In this document: piece after piece, positions 1 through 9,001 of the stretch | Layout of the letters: every line of letters begins with the position of its first letter | How positions within the stretch are numbered: position 1 is the first letter of the stretch | IMG/VR virus record: IMGVR_UViG_3300038968_000070 | Span: 1-64,000 of that record | Length of the DNA stretch: 64,000 nucleotides | Source of the DNA: a virus | Taxonomy: Duplodnaviria > Caudoviricetes | Direction: 5' to 3' (one strand) | Notes under the pieces: generated by a model | What the model saw: the letters and a program-made list of their open reading frames with translations, nothing else | Databases searched by the model: none | Told to the model about the DNA's origin: nothing | Program-made: the position numbers and the translations under genes

Positions 1-747
1 TTCCGGCGCCGGCGGCGTCTCGGCGCGACGAGCCGTAAGGGCCCGCGCACCGGCGCCGTCGAGATCGACATCGTCGAGATCAACAAGCGCGTCGAGCAAG
101 CGCTCCGTACGATGACGCCGTGCTGGTCGAGGAAGGAGGGCATGTACCTGCGACCGGAGTCCGAGGCCATCCTTGACCCGGTCATGGTCCGTGACGCGCG
201 CACGGGCACCAAGCGACGCGTGCAGGTCGCCGTGATGCCGCTGGAGAACCCCACCGGCGGCGGCGCCCTGGCGACGCAGATCGACGAGCGCGGACGGCTC
301 CTTCAGACCGTCGTGCTCACGCCCGATGCGGACCTGTGCGGCAAGGTCCCGGCGTGGCGCAGCTTCATTCGCAGCGTCCTCGCGCATGAGCTGGCGCACG
401 CCGCCGACCCGTGGCTCGTCGAGCAAGCGCGTGGACGGTCACGCGTCAAGCGCGCCGGGCCACGGCGCACTGTGCCGGGGTCGCGTGCGTACTACAACTC
501 GCCCGAGGAGATGATCGCGCACATGGCGGAGGTGCAGGACCAGCTCCGACGCTTCGGCTCGCAAGTCGACTGGTCGGCATCGCCGCCCGAGATCTTGCAG
601 CAATCCCCGCGCTTCCAAGACATCGAGCCGATGCTGACCCCCACGAGTCGTCGCCGGTTCCTCAAGATGGCGGCGCGCCTGAAGGATCAGCAGAGCGGCA
701 TCGCCGGCCCGCGACGGGTTCGGCGGCGATCGCGCACCCGATCATGA
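1..747 (+). CDS. Zincin-like (HEXXH) metallopeptidase-domain protein with Arg-rich termini; 5'-partial
   Basis: Frame open from base 1 (FRRRRRLGATSRK...); LAHELAHAADP motif plus downstream YYNSPEEMIAH; C-terminus SGIAGPRRVRRRSRTRS. Confidence 0.7.
   Translation, partial: FRRRRRLGATSRKGPRTGAVEIDIVEINKRVEQALRTMTPCWSRKEGMYLRPESEAILDPVMVRDARTGTKRRVQVAVMPLENPTGGGALATQIDERGRLLQTVVLTPDADLCGKVPAWRSFIRSVLAHELAHAADPWLVEQARGRSRVKRAGPRRTVPGSRAYYNSPEEMIAHMAEVQDQLRRFGSQVDWSASPPEILQQSPRFQDIEPMLTPTSRRRFLKMAARLKDQQSGIAGPRRVRRRSRTRS
728..743. promoter_or_regulatory. GATCG-N6-CGATC palindromic site (first of 8 copies)
   Basis: gatcgcgcacccgatc just upstream of TGA-TACGGT -10; identical copy at 2597-2612. Confidence 0.65.
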
Positions 748-760
748 TACGGTGGTGCTC

Positions 761-979
761 ATGGGAGCCCTCACGAACTTCTGGCACTCCGAGAAGGGCC
801 TCGCCGGCGCCGTCCTCATCGTCGCCGCGACCGTCCTCGTCGCCCTCGGCTACATGACCGTCGAGGCGTGGGACGGGTACACCAAGTGGATCTTCGGCAT
901 CTTCGTCGCCGGCAAGACGGTGCAAGGCGCCGTCGCCACCGTCGCGACCAAGAAGACCGAGACGCCGCCGTCGGGCTGA
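761..979 (+). CDS. Small membrane protein (holin-like or virion membrane protein)
   Basis: 72 aa, two hydrophobic segments, charged C-terminus; ATG 7 nt after a TACGGT -10. Confidence 0.6.
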   Translation: MGALTNFWHSEKGLAGAVLIVAATVLVALGYMTVEAWDGYTKWIFGIFVAGKTVQGAVATVATKKTETPPSG

Positions 980-985
980 CGGGCG

Positions 986-2575
986 TCAGGCACCGACGCG
1001 CGTGAGCTGATCGGGGTCGGTCTGCGGCAGCGCCGCGTACGCGAACGCTCCGGCCGCACCGACGAGCGTGTCGTTGATCGTTCCGGTGACGGTCGTCCCG
1101 TTGACCGGCCGGACGATCGCGCCGTAGCTGGCTTCGATGCCGTAGCCGACGTTGCCCGTCCCCGTGACGTTGTTGAGCGTCAACGCCACGGGATTCGAGG
1201 CGCCGACCGCGCTCGCGGCGCAGTTGTTGATCGTCGAGTTGAGGAGCCGGCTCACGCCGAACCGCGCCTGAACGCCGTTGCCGGTGCCGTTCACGATGCG
1301 AAGGTTCTGCCCCTCGTACGTGTAGCGGCTCTCGACGTTGCCGCCGCCGAAGGCGTTGCAGCCGTCGATGATGTTGCCGATCCACTCGTTGAGCCCGCTC
1401 GCACCGCTGCCGTGGCAGAGGAACGAGAGCGCGCGGAAGAGCGATTGCTGGACCGTGCACGTCGCGCCGTTCTGCGCGAACGTCTGCCCGACCAGGGCGC
1501 ACCCGTCGATCGTTACGATGCCGGGGCCGGCTTGCAAGTCCATGCCGGCGATGCGGCAGAGCGTGAAGTTGACCGGCGCCTGCGGCCAGACGGTGATCGC
1601 GGCGGCCTTGGGGCCGTTCGACGCGATGTTGATCCCCTGGATCGTCCAGTCGCACAACGCGTTGAGGTAGATCGCTTGCTCTTGACCGTTGGCGGCGTCG
1701 CCGTACTGCAACGTCGCACCGGGGTCGTAGACGCCGACGGGCCCGGTGAGCCCGACGATGTTCGCGACCTCGACGGTGTTCGGGCCCGCGCCGCCGGTGT
1801 TGCTCTGGATCGCGCCGTACTCGCCGAGCACCGCCCCCACCGCGAACTTGTCGCGCAGCTCGTTGGCGACGAGCGCGTTCGAGACCGTCAGCTGCAAGAT
1901 GCCGTCGTCGGCGTTGAACGACGAGCCGGTGACGTCCAGCGCCGTGTAGAGCGTCAGCTCGCTACGGAGCTGACGGTGATGGCGCGAGTAGAAGTTGTTC
2001 GGCGACGTCGCCGTGAAGTCGATGTCGAAGCTGACCCCGCCGAGGGTGATCCCGCCGAGGTTCAAGACCTCGTCGGCGCTGATCGTCATCCCGGTGATGT
2101 CGATGACGATCGGCTGGTTGACCGACGCGATCGGGAACTGCCGGAGCGCGCGGCCGAGCGTCGCGAACGCCGTCGCCGGCGTCCGGCCGTCGTTGCTGTC
2201 GCTGCCGGTCGTCCGCACGTAGTAGATGAGCGCCGGGCTCCCGTACGGCGCGATGTAGTCGGGCGGGACGTACGTGAGGCTCACGCCGCGGCTGATGAAG
2301 GGCTTGCCCGTGAGGTTCTTCGACCCGTCGCCGAAGACCCGCTCGATCGTGTGCCACAGCTCGCATAGGATCCGACAGTCGGCCTCGACCACGCCGTTGT
2401 TGATGACCGTGACGGTCGTTGACGTCGACGAGACGCAGTCGAAGTCGGGGTTCTCGATCGAGATCGCGTCCGGTGCGAAGGGCGCCCCGTTGAGGTTCAG
2501 GTTGTGCGGGAGCGTGGCGGTGTCCCCGGCGGCGACACTCGCGAACGCCAGCTGAGCCTTCAACGTGGTGGCCAT
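986..2575 (-). CDS. Virion spike/receptor-binding protein with right-handed beta-helix
   Basis: Start re-assigned to ATG 2575 (MATTLKAQ); YYVRTTGSDSNDGRTPATAFATL motif; Asn/Gly-rich beta-helix-type C-terminus; N-terminal domain shared with 40218..43640. Confidence 0.65.
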   Translation of the reverse strand: MATTLKAQLAFASVAAGDTATLPHNLNLNGAPFAPDAISIENPDFDCVSSTSTTVTVINNGVVEADCRILCELWHTIERVFGDGSKNLTGKPFISRGVSLTYVPPDYIAPYGSPALIYYVRTTGSDSNDGRTPATAFATLGRALRQFPIASVNQPIVIDITGMTISADEVLNLGGITLGGVSFDIDFTATSPNNFYSRHHRQLRSELTLYTALDVTGSSFNADDGILQLTVSNALVANELRDKFAVGAVLGEYGAIQSNTGGAGPNTVEVANIVGLTGPVGVYDPGATLQYGDAANGQEQAIYLNALCDWTIQGINIASNGPKAAAITVWPQAPVNFTLCRIAGMDLQAGPGIVTIDGCALVGQTFAQNGATCTVQQSLFRALSFLCHGSGASGLNEWIGNIIDGCNAFGGGNVESRYTYEGQNLRIVNGTGNGVQARFGVSRLLNSTINNCAASAVGASNPVALTLNNVTGTGNVGYGIEASYGAIVRPVNGTTVTGTINDTLVGAAGAFAYAALPQTDPDQLTRVGA

Positions 2576-2629
2576 GCCCGCTAGCGTATCACGTAGGATC
2601 GCGCACCCGATCCGTGGTAAACGTCGAGC

Positions 2630-2995
2630 ATGAGCGAGTACAAGGTCGACCGTCGCCCGGACGCGCCGTTCGCCGATCAGATCGGCGACCTCCCCGACGA
2701 TGCCAGCGACGCGCGTTGGGAGTACCGCCGCGTGTGCGCGGAGCGCGCGAGCCGCGGGGACGACCTTCGTCCCGGCGAGACCGAGGTCTACGACCACATC
2801 ATCAACCTGATGTGGACGGCGATGTCCGAGGACGAGCAGATCGCCGAGCTGGACGCCGCCCCGGTGTACGGGACGTTCGACGTGAGCGATGTCGCCGAAG
2901 GCACGCCACCGGTGCTCGGTGCCATCGCCGAGCCGACGCCGATGCCGCCTGCGGATGACGACACCGCCTTCGACGACGATGACGGCGCGCGATGA
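2630..2995 (+). CDS. Acidic hypothetical protein
   Basis: High-GC3 frame, Asp/Glu-rich; divergent from the spike gene. Confidence 0.6.
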   Translation: MSEYKVDRRPDAPFADQIGDLPDDASDARWEYRRVCAERASRGDDLRPGETEVYDHIINLMWTAMSEDEQIAELDAAPVYGTFDVSDVAEGTPPVLGAIAEPTPMPPADDDTAFDDDDGAR

Positions 2996-3164
2996 GCGCG
3001 ATCTACAAGGTTCTCGAAGCGATCCAACGCCGGCTCCGGCGTTGGTACAACGGCAAAGGCGACACGGAACGCCGCGCCGGAAGCGATGAGCTTCCGCCCT
3101 CGTCGGAGAAGCCGGCCGACGATCCGAAGTGATCGCGTGACCGATCGCTGGTAGCCTGAGAGGT

Positions 3165-3782
3165 ATGACCCGCGGCACGCGCCTAACGCTCACCCGTCAA
3201 GAGATCGTCGCTCGCGCCCTCTTCGGGCTCGTCGCCGTCCCGCCCGCGCCGGCTGGCGCACCCGGCGACGCCGGCGGCCGCCCGGGGCACTACCGCCTGC
3301 CCTACCCCAACGGGGGTGACGACCCGACGAGGGGCTTCGGCCTCAACCAACCGCACTGCTTCGCGTGGGCGTACGGCGATCGTACGCCCGTCGCCGACTG
3401 CATCGGCTTCGCGCTCTACTGCCTCGGCATCGACCGCAAGCAGCCGGGTTACAAGGGCCTGAACGGCGAGTGGTTGAACTGCGCGGCGATCGTCGCCGAC
3501 GCGCAAGGCGCGTGCAAGTTCTTCACGCGCATCAAGGAAGAGGACGCGCTCCCCGGTGATCTCCTCGTCGACGACAAGCACGTCGGCGTGATCGTCCGTC
3601 GCGCGCTCCACTGGTTCGTCGACACCGACGGCGACGGCGTGAAGGACAAGGGCGAGGAGCGCGACGAGGACATCCTCGTCATCGACTGCTCACCGCGACA
3701 CGGCCGCGAGTCCGCGATCGGCCTCGGTCACCGCTGGTCGAGCAAGTGCATCGTCGCGCGCGCGGTCTGGCTCCCGGCGTGA
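3165..3782 (+). CDS. NlpC/P60-CHAP-like cysteine hydrolase (putative endolysin/cell-wall hydrolase)
   Basis: ADCIGFA (Cys), LPGDLLV, HVGVIV (His), VIDCS in NlpC/P60 order. Confidence 0.6.
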   Translation: MTRGTRLTLTRQEIVARALFGLVAVPPAPAGAPGDAGGRPGHYRLPYPNGGDDPTRGFGLNQPHCFAWAYGDRTPVADCIGFALYCLGIDRKQPGYKGLNGEWLNCAAIVADAQGACKFFTRIKEEDALPGDLLVDDKHVGVIVRRALHWFVDTDGDGVKDKGEERDEDILVIDCSPRHGRESAIGLGHRWSSKCIVARAVWLPA

Positions 3783-3967
3783 TGGCGCGGCTTCACTCGG
3801 GTTGGCTGGTCATCCGCGGCGCGTGCCTCATCGTCTTCTACATCTTCATCGTCGGGTTCATCTTCGAGATCGACCGTGAACTGCCGCCTTGAGATCGCGT
3901 GCGCGATCCGGTAGGCTATCTCCTGAACAACCGGAGCGTTTCGCTCCACTCACACGGAGAAAGACCC

Positions 3968-4438
3968 ATGGCCGTCACCGCGACCCTCGTCAACGTCACC
4001 CCGAACGAGATCGTCTACCTCATCAACAACGCGGCGACGCTCGGGACGTCGCTGACCATCCCGGCGACCGGTGGCGCGACGCCGGACCTGGCGACCGACT
4101 GCGTGGACGACACGTGGGGCCGCGCGGCGTGCTCGCGGCTGCGTCAGGTCTGCCGCGCCGGCCTCGACGGGCTCGGCGCGCAGGCGGCGGGCGGCTGGAA
4201 CCAGGCCGAGACCCGCGACCTCCTCCTCGGCAACGGCGCCACCCAGGCCGGCGGCCCGCTCATGCCGCGCGCCGAGATCGACCTCCAGCCGCTCAACGGC
4301 GTCGCCGGCGGCCCGCTGGTCGAGGCCGACGTCGACGTCGATGCCAACGGCATCCCGGAGATCAACATCACCGCGGCTGCGGTCGCCGGCGACTGCATCA
4401 TGCGCATCCGCCTGCGTTCGACGCCCGGCGTGAAGTGA
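3968..4438 (+). CDS. Putative structural protein
   Basis: MAVTATLVNVTPNE...; GGAGA RBS; own promoter and strong terminator. Confidence 0.55.
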   Translation: MAVTATLVNVTPNEIVYLINNAATLGTSLTIPATGGATPDLATDCVDDTWGRAACSRLRQVCRAGLDGLGAQAAGGWNQAETRDLLLGNGATQAGGPLMPRAEIDLQPLNGVAGGPLVEADVDVDANGIPEINITAAAVAGDCIMRIRLRSTPGVK

Positions 4439-4460
4439 CCTGATCAGCGCAGTCGCGTAG

Positions 4461-4498
4461 CGCCGACGTCGGCTTTGCCGGCGTCGGCGTTTTGTTTT
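4461..4498 (+). terminator. Rho-independent terminator
   Basis: CGCCGACGTCGGC-TTT-GCCGGCGTCGGCG hairpin followed by TTTTGTTTT. Confidence 0.8.
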
Positions 4499-4508
4499 CG
4501 GACCAGCG

Positions 4509-5294
4509 TCACCGCGCGCTCGCGGCGAACGCCTTCTCGTACGCCTGTAGCGCCGCCTCACCCATCAACTCGGCGGCCAGCTGGCGGCCGCCTGCGAGCG
4601 TGTAGTCGAGCGGCCCGTCGAGCACGCGCCCGGTCTTCTCCTCGACGCGGAACGGTCGCGCCGGGATCGATGCGTTCGTGTCGTGGACCATGGCGACGTA
4701 CGGCGTGTTGACGACGCGGACCGCGGCGCGGTCCGCGGCGCGGTGGACGATCCAGTCGCCGATCGTCCCCCACCGCGCGGCGTTGGGGTGGCGGCTCTTC
4801 GACGGCGTGAACGGCGTGCGTTCCCAGAGCGATCGACGGACGGTCGCGGCGCCGTCGATCACGTGTGCGTGCGTCGTGAACACCAGCGTGCGACGGTACG
4901 ATCCGATCAGCTCGTGGTAGTGGATCGCGTCGGGCCCGAGGATGTCGACGTCTTCGCTCAGGTGCCCGTAGACCGCCCGCAGGCGGTCGGGCGAGCACCA
5001 GTCGTCGTCGTCCCAGAACGTGAACCAGGGCGCCGACGCCGCGGCGATGACGGCGTTGTGCTTGTCGGGGACGGTCTTCCACGTGCCCGCGATGACCTTG
5101 ACGTGATCGGCACCGAACCGCGCGTGCAGCGGCGCCAGCTCGGCGGCCGTCAGGTGATCGCCGTCGTCCGTGGCGATCACGACCTCGACCGCCGGCGGGT
5201 CGACCTGCGCCGCGAGACATTGAAGCGCGAGCTTGCGGAAGTGCAACCGAGACGGCTGCGTGATCATGACGACGCTGATGACCGGGGGCGGCAT
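4509..5294 (-). CDS. Glycosyltransferase family 2 (GT-A fold)
   Basis: ISVVMIT start, EVVIATDD, FTFWDDDDWCSPDRL DxD motif. Confidence 0.8.
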   Translation of the reverse strand: MPPPVISVVMITQPSRLHFRKLALQCLAAQVDPPAVEVVIATDDGDHLTAAELAPLHARFGADHVKVIAGTWKTVPDKHNAVIAAASAPWFTFWDDDDWCSPDRLRAVYGHLSEDVDILGPDAIHYHELIGSYRRTLVFTTHAHVIDGAATVRRSLWERTPFTPSKSRHPNAARWGTIGDWIVHRAADRAAVRVVNTPYVAMVHDTNASIPARPFRVEEKTGRVLDGPLDYTLAGGRQLAAELMGEAALQAYEKAFAASAR

Positions 5295-5347
5295 TCGCGA
5301 ACGAAGCTATCACATCCCCACGACAGCTGACGTAGGGGTGTGCTAGG

Positions 5348-5360
5348 TTCTCATACGAGG
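5348..5360. promoter_or_regulatory. TTCTCRTAYGAGA-type operator overlapping a -10 box
   Basis: ttctcatacgagg; related copies at 8119, 8444, 14672, 20043, 33349. Confidence 0.6.
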
Positions 5361-5368
5361 TTCGAGCC

Positions 5369-5782
5369 TTGTCCCACGAATTCGTCTACTGCGAGAAGTG
5401 CGGCGCGCGCGGCAATCGGCCGCTCACCCACTTCGCCCCGCCTGCGTGGCTCTACATGGAAACGGTCATCGAGACGCCCAACGGACCGACGGCGACCGAC
5501 AAGGTCATCACGTACGCCTGTAAGCCCGAATGCGCGCAGGCGCTCTGGCGGGAGGGCCCCGGCCCGCAGGTCCCCGGTGTCGGCGACCTCGTGAACCAGG
5601 CGATCAAGCGGCTCGAAGCCGGCCTCCCGCTCGACGTCCCGGCGGCGCTCAGCGAGCACGACGTCGCGCGCATCGCGGCGAAGGTCGAGGCGGCGAAGAA
5701 GCGGCCGCCGTGCATCTTCGCCGAAGGCTCTTGCAAGGCCGCCGACTGCCCCGAGCATGGATGGGTCCCGAGCGATGGGTGA
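5369..5782 (+). CDS. Hypothetical protein with Cys motifs
   Basis: CEKC, CKPEC and C-terminal C..CPEH; high GC3. Confidence 0.55.
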   Translation: MSHEFVYCEKCGARGNRPLTHFAPPAWLYMETVIETPNGPTATDKVITYACKPECAQALWREGPGPQVPGVGDLVNQAIKRLEAGLPLDVPAALSEHDVARIAAKVEAAKKRPPCIFAEGSCKAADCPEHGWVPSDG

Positions 5783-6107
5783 CGATGACGCGTCGCACAT
5801 CGGCGTGATGCCGCCGACGCCGGGCCGGATGGTCCGTGTGATCGGTCCTGGCTTCGACGCCCCGGCGGTCATCGTCGGCGGTCCACACGAGGCGACGGAA
5901 TTCGGCCCGCTCGTGTTCGATGTTGTCGTCTTCCAAGCTGGCTACACACGCGTCGGCTACCTCGGCGACACGAGCGACCTCGGCGCGTATAACGGCGTCG
6001 TCCCGGCGACGGTGCCGCATAAGACGACCCGCGACGCCGCCGCGGCGGCGGCGAAACCGCTCAGCATCGGTCCGTGCTACTGGATCTGGCCAACGGAGAC
6101 CCCGTGA
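5775..6107 (+). CDS. Hypothetical protein
   Basis: Overlaps neighbouring genes; PTPGRMV...WIWP. Confidence 0.5.
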   Translation: MGDDDASHIGVMPPTPGRMVRVIGPGFDAPAVIVGGPHEATEFGPLVFDVVVFQAGYTRVGYLGDTSDLGAYNGVVPATVPHKTTRDAAAAAAKPLSIGPCYWIWPTETP

Positions 6108-6676
6108 GCGACAAGGACACCAACGACAACGACGGCGGCATCGTCACGAGCGCGACCGGTGGCAAGGTCTACCACCAGCCGGACGAGCCGGCGACGCCGC
6201 CGCTCGCGCTCGAACCGCGCGAGCAGCTCACGCTCGCGACGGACACGCCTGCGTTGCCCGAGGCGCCGCCCAAGCGTACCGTCGGCCGCCCGGCCGTCCG
6301 GGGCAACCGTCCGCGCGCGAGCGACGGCGCGTCGCTCAAGCTCGTCGCCGCGCCCGCGGCGCCCGTACCGCCACCGCCCGCACCCCCGCCGGTGGCGAAC
6401 GTCGCCGTCGACGACGTCCGCGCGCGCGCTCGCGCCATCGTCGATGCGGCGCGGCTCGTGCGCAAGGTCGACAAGCACGACCCGACGATCGAGACGATCG
6501 AGATCCGGCGCCGTGCGACGGAGCCGGTCGGTGAAGCCGGCACCTTGACGACGTACACCGGCGACGAGGCGCTCATCGAGCTGGCGCAGTTCTGCACCGA
6601 CTACCTGATGAGCATCGGTTACCTGCCGCCGCAGGTCGACGAGTATGCCTACGTCGACGAGAACGACGTGTCGTGA
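6104..6676 (+). CDS. Hypothetical protein (Pro/Ala-rich)
   Basis: GGAGA RBS, GTGA overlap with the previous gene. Confidence 0.55.
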   Translation: MSDKDTNDNDGGIVTSATGGKVYHQPDEPATPPLALEPREQLTLATDTPALPEAPPKRTVGRPAVRGNRPRASDGASLKLVAAPAAPVPPPPAPPPVANVAVDDVRARARAIVDAARLVRKVDKHDPTIETIEIRRRATEPVGEAGTLTTYTGDEALIELAQFCTDYLMSIGYLPPQVDEYAYVDENDVS

Positions 6677-6717
6677 CTTCGAGGTGCACCCGAAAGCCGA
6701 TGACTACTACCGCAACC

Positions 6718-7032
6718 ATGTCCCGTAAGCGCACCACGTCGCCCCGCAAGCGCCTGAGCGGCAAGGCCGTCGCCGCCGTACGCGCGCGTATGGGTCTCTC
6801 CGTCGCCGACTTCGCAGCCGCGCTCGGCGTCTCACTCGCGAGCGCCTACCGCTGGGAAGCGACGTCGTGGCCGAAGCTGCGCCCGACGCCAGCGGCGCTC
6901 GTCGCGGCGCTCGCCGCGATGCCCGACGCCGCGCTGAAGGCGCTCGGGCAGGAGATCACCCACGCCATCGCGGGCGGCGGCCCGTTCGGCGCGTCGCGGC
7001 TGGTCCTCGACGCCGTGGCGCCGCGCGCGTGA
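6718..7032 (+). CDS. XRE/Cro-family helix-turn-helix protein
   Basis: VRARMGLSVADFAAALGVSLASAYRWE. Confidence 0.8.
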   Translation: MSRKRTTSPRKRLSGKAVAAVRARMGLSVADFAAALGVSLASAYRWEATSWPKLRPTPAALVAALAAMPDAALKALGQEITHAIAGGGPFGASRLVLDAVAPRA

Positions 7033-7322
7033 TCGATCATCACCGGCTCCGCGAGATTCGCGATCGCCGTCTTGCGCGTACGTGCGTTGTGTGTGGCGTC
7101 TACGTCTACACCGAGCCCGTCATGATCGACTACATGGTGGACGACGCGGTGTGGGAAGCCGCAGGCTTTACGAAGACTGACCTCGCGTGTCTCGGCTGCT
7201 TCGAGAACCGGTTGGGCCGCGCGGTCGTCGAGACGGACTTGACCAACGCGGTCGTCAACCGAAGCCTGCGATGGATGATCAGAAACGGTCACGCACCGTG
7301 GCGATCACCGCGCCTTTGGTGA
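7029..7322 (+). CDS. Hypothetical Zn-binding protein
   Basis: CVVC ... YMVDDAVW ... CLGCFENRLGR. Confidence 0.55.
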   Translation: MIDHHRLREIRDRRLARTCVVCGVYVYTEPVMIDYMVDDAVWEAAGFTKTDLACLGCFENRLGRAVVETDLTNAVVNRSLRWMIRNGHAPWRSPRLW

Positions 7323-7334
7323 CGGCGGGCTGAG

Positions 7335-7550
7335 TCACTCGGGCCAGCCGGCAGCCTTACGACAGGATCGACATGTCACGCTGCGCTCGGTGGCCGGGAT
7401 CCGCGTGTCCCAAGCGATCGTTGCACCGCACAGCGCGAACGGGCGCGTGCTGTGTCCGCTGAGTCGGACGGGTTGGAACCCCGGCCCGATGCGTCGTACG
7501 TGGACCACGATCGCGGCCACCGTCTCGCACGTCACCATGTTAGCCGTCAC
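7335..7550 (-). CDS. Small hypothetical Zn-binding protein
   Basis: H...LCG...VTCRSC; downstream of the tRNA. Confidence 0.45.
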   Translation of the reverse strand: MTANMVTCETVAAIVVHVRRIGPGFQPVRLSGHSTRPFALCGATIAWDTRIPATERSVTCRSCRKAAGWPE

Positions 7551-7568
7551 GGTCGTTCATCAGGTCAT

Positions 7569-7645
<77 letters not shown>

Positions 7646-7652
7646 ACAAGTC

Positions 7653-7940
7653 TCGTGTGCTCGACGCCGGCGACCAAACGACGGCAGGGATGCCAACCCC
7701 TGCAAGGTCGTCTCACGTTCGCGTTATTCAGTCAGGTCGAGGCGTCCCTCTTACCGGAGTAGTCACTGGTAGTAGATTTTTCCCCCGGGCCTCTTCTCTC
7801 GACGGACCACCGTTCTCATCGAGTCCGAGCACCTTACGCTACAAGCGAGCCTTCCAACCGCCCAAGGTGTCTGCGCGTGCCTTCCCCTCGTGACAGGGGA
7901 CTTCGGCCACGTTGCCTAGTCGACGGCGTCCAGCACACGA
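7653..7940 (-). ncRNA. Unannotated ~290-nt multibranched structured RNA
   Basis: About 27-bp closing stem whose G-U pairs are valid only on the minus strand; at least 5 internal stems; no high-GC3 ORF; ends 7 nt before tRNA-fMet. Confidence 0.7.
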
Positions 7941-7941
7941 T

Positions 7942-8072
7942 TCGGTTGTCAGAGGTGAGGCCCCGGCGTCCCCCTACCTTCTGCCGAAGCACAGGGACGC
8001 CGGGGAGTGGGTACCTAGATGAAATGACGTCGACGGGGGTTTCCGTTATGAGTGGTAACCGTCGACAACCGA
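7942..8072 (-). ncRNA. Unannotated ~130-nt structured RNA
   Basis: TCGGTTGTC/GACAACCGA closing stem, 12-bp CCCCGGCGTCCC/GGGACGCCGGGG stem, hairpin with ACTCATAAC loop. Confidence 0.55.
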
Positions 8073-8085
8073 CCCAGGTGCGAGC

Positions 8086-8130
8086 GTTGTCGCACGCACG
8101 CGCGATCCTGTCAACGTTTCTCGTACGAGA
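8086..8130 (-). promoter_or_regulatory. sigma70-type promoter for the ncRNA-tRNA unit with upstream palindrome
   Basis: TTGACA (8114-8109)-N17-GACAAC; perfect palindrome TCTCGTACGAGA at 8119-8130. Confidence 0.55.
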
Positions 8131-8133
8131 TTT

Positions 8134-8427
8134 CTAACCGTCCGCGTCGCCACGGACGCCGGGCATCGTCGTCCCGACCTCGCGAAGCGCCGTCTGGATC
8201 TTCTTGAGCACGGTCGTGTACCCGCGCCGCATCCCCTCGTGAAAGCCGTCGTAGTCGGTCGGCGTGCCGTCGCCGCCGGTCACGACCGACAGCCGCTCGC
8301 GGATCACGAACCGGAAGTATTCCGACGGCGACATCTCGTAGCCGACGTCCGCCGAGAGCGCGGCGCGGTCCAGCTCGATCTTGCTCTCGGTCTCGTCGTC
8401 GACTTGGAAGGCGTACACGCGGGGCAT
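8134..8427 (-). CDS. Putative ribbon-helix-helix DNA-binding protein
   Basis: MPRVYAFQVDDETESKIE...MSPSEYFRFVIRERL: beta-strand plus two helices pattern. Confidence 0.5.
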   Translation of the reverse strand: MPRVYAFQVDDETESKIELDRAALSADVGYEMSPSEYFRFVIRERLSVVTGGDGTPTDYDGFHEGMRRGYTTVLKKIQTALREVGTTMPGVRGDADG

Positions 8428-8519
8428 GGAAGCGCTTCGAGCTTTGCATACGAGGACGGCATCTCGCAAGCCGGCGGCGTCGAAGGCTCGGCCCGAGCGT
8501 TCGGCACCCCCGCCCGCGC

Positions 8520-8945
8520 GCGCGGATCCGAGGCGCGCCGCGCCTCTGGATCCGGAGATCCCGGCGGAGATCCGGCCGGATCCGGATCCGGCCGGATCTG
8601 TAGGATTCGGATGTGAATCCGATACAATTCGGATGTGAATCGTAAGGGTCACGACAAAATGGCGTAGCTCGGACCCCCGGATCCGGCCGGATCCGCTCGG
8701 ATCCACCCCGGGCCACAACCCGGAAAAACCCGTGAAATTGCCGCTACTTATCCGAATCCTATCCGAATTCCAGGGTAAGAATTCGGCTATTTTCCGAACG
8801 AATTCGGATAGTTGCCGGATTTTTTCGGCGCCACGGTCCGGGGGATCTGCCCGGAGCCGCTCGGAAAAAGTGCAGCTAAATTCGCAATGATTCCGAATAG
8901 TTATCACTTTTATCTTACTTTCCAGTTGCAGCCGGATCCGCCAGG
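8520..8945. repeat. Non-coding GATC- and repeat-rich region (putative origin or terminus)
   Basis: About 12 GATC; GATCCGGCCGGATC x3; 15-nt direct repeat ATTCGGATGTGAATC (8605, 8627); many ATTCGGA/TCCGAAT copies; locally AT-rich. Confidence 0.6.
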
Positions 8946-9001
8946 GGTTACAAATTGACTTGCCCGGCATTTCTCACCCCGGGCAGGAAGGCAGACACCC
9001 C

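Noticed and set aside
2576-3193. N-terminal extensions given by the track for 986..3193(-), 39855..43640(+) and 8134..8970(-)
   Set aside because: They overlap other genes or non-coding repeats; promoter geometry and paralog alignment support starts at 2575, 40218 and 8427.
7653-8072. RNase P RNA, group I intron or raiA identity for the structured RNAs
   Set aside because: Only fragments resemble them (GAAGTCC and GGTAAGAG on minus, CTAGATGAAATGAC on plus). There is no RNase P P4 partner, no group I P7 partner, and the raiA core was not recognisable.
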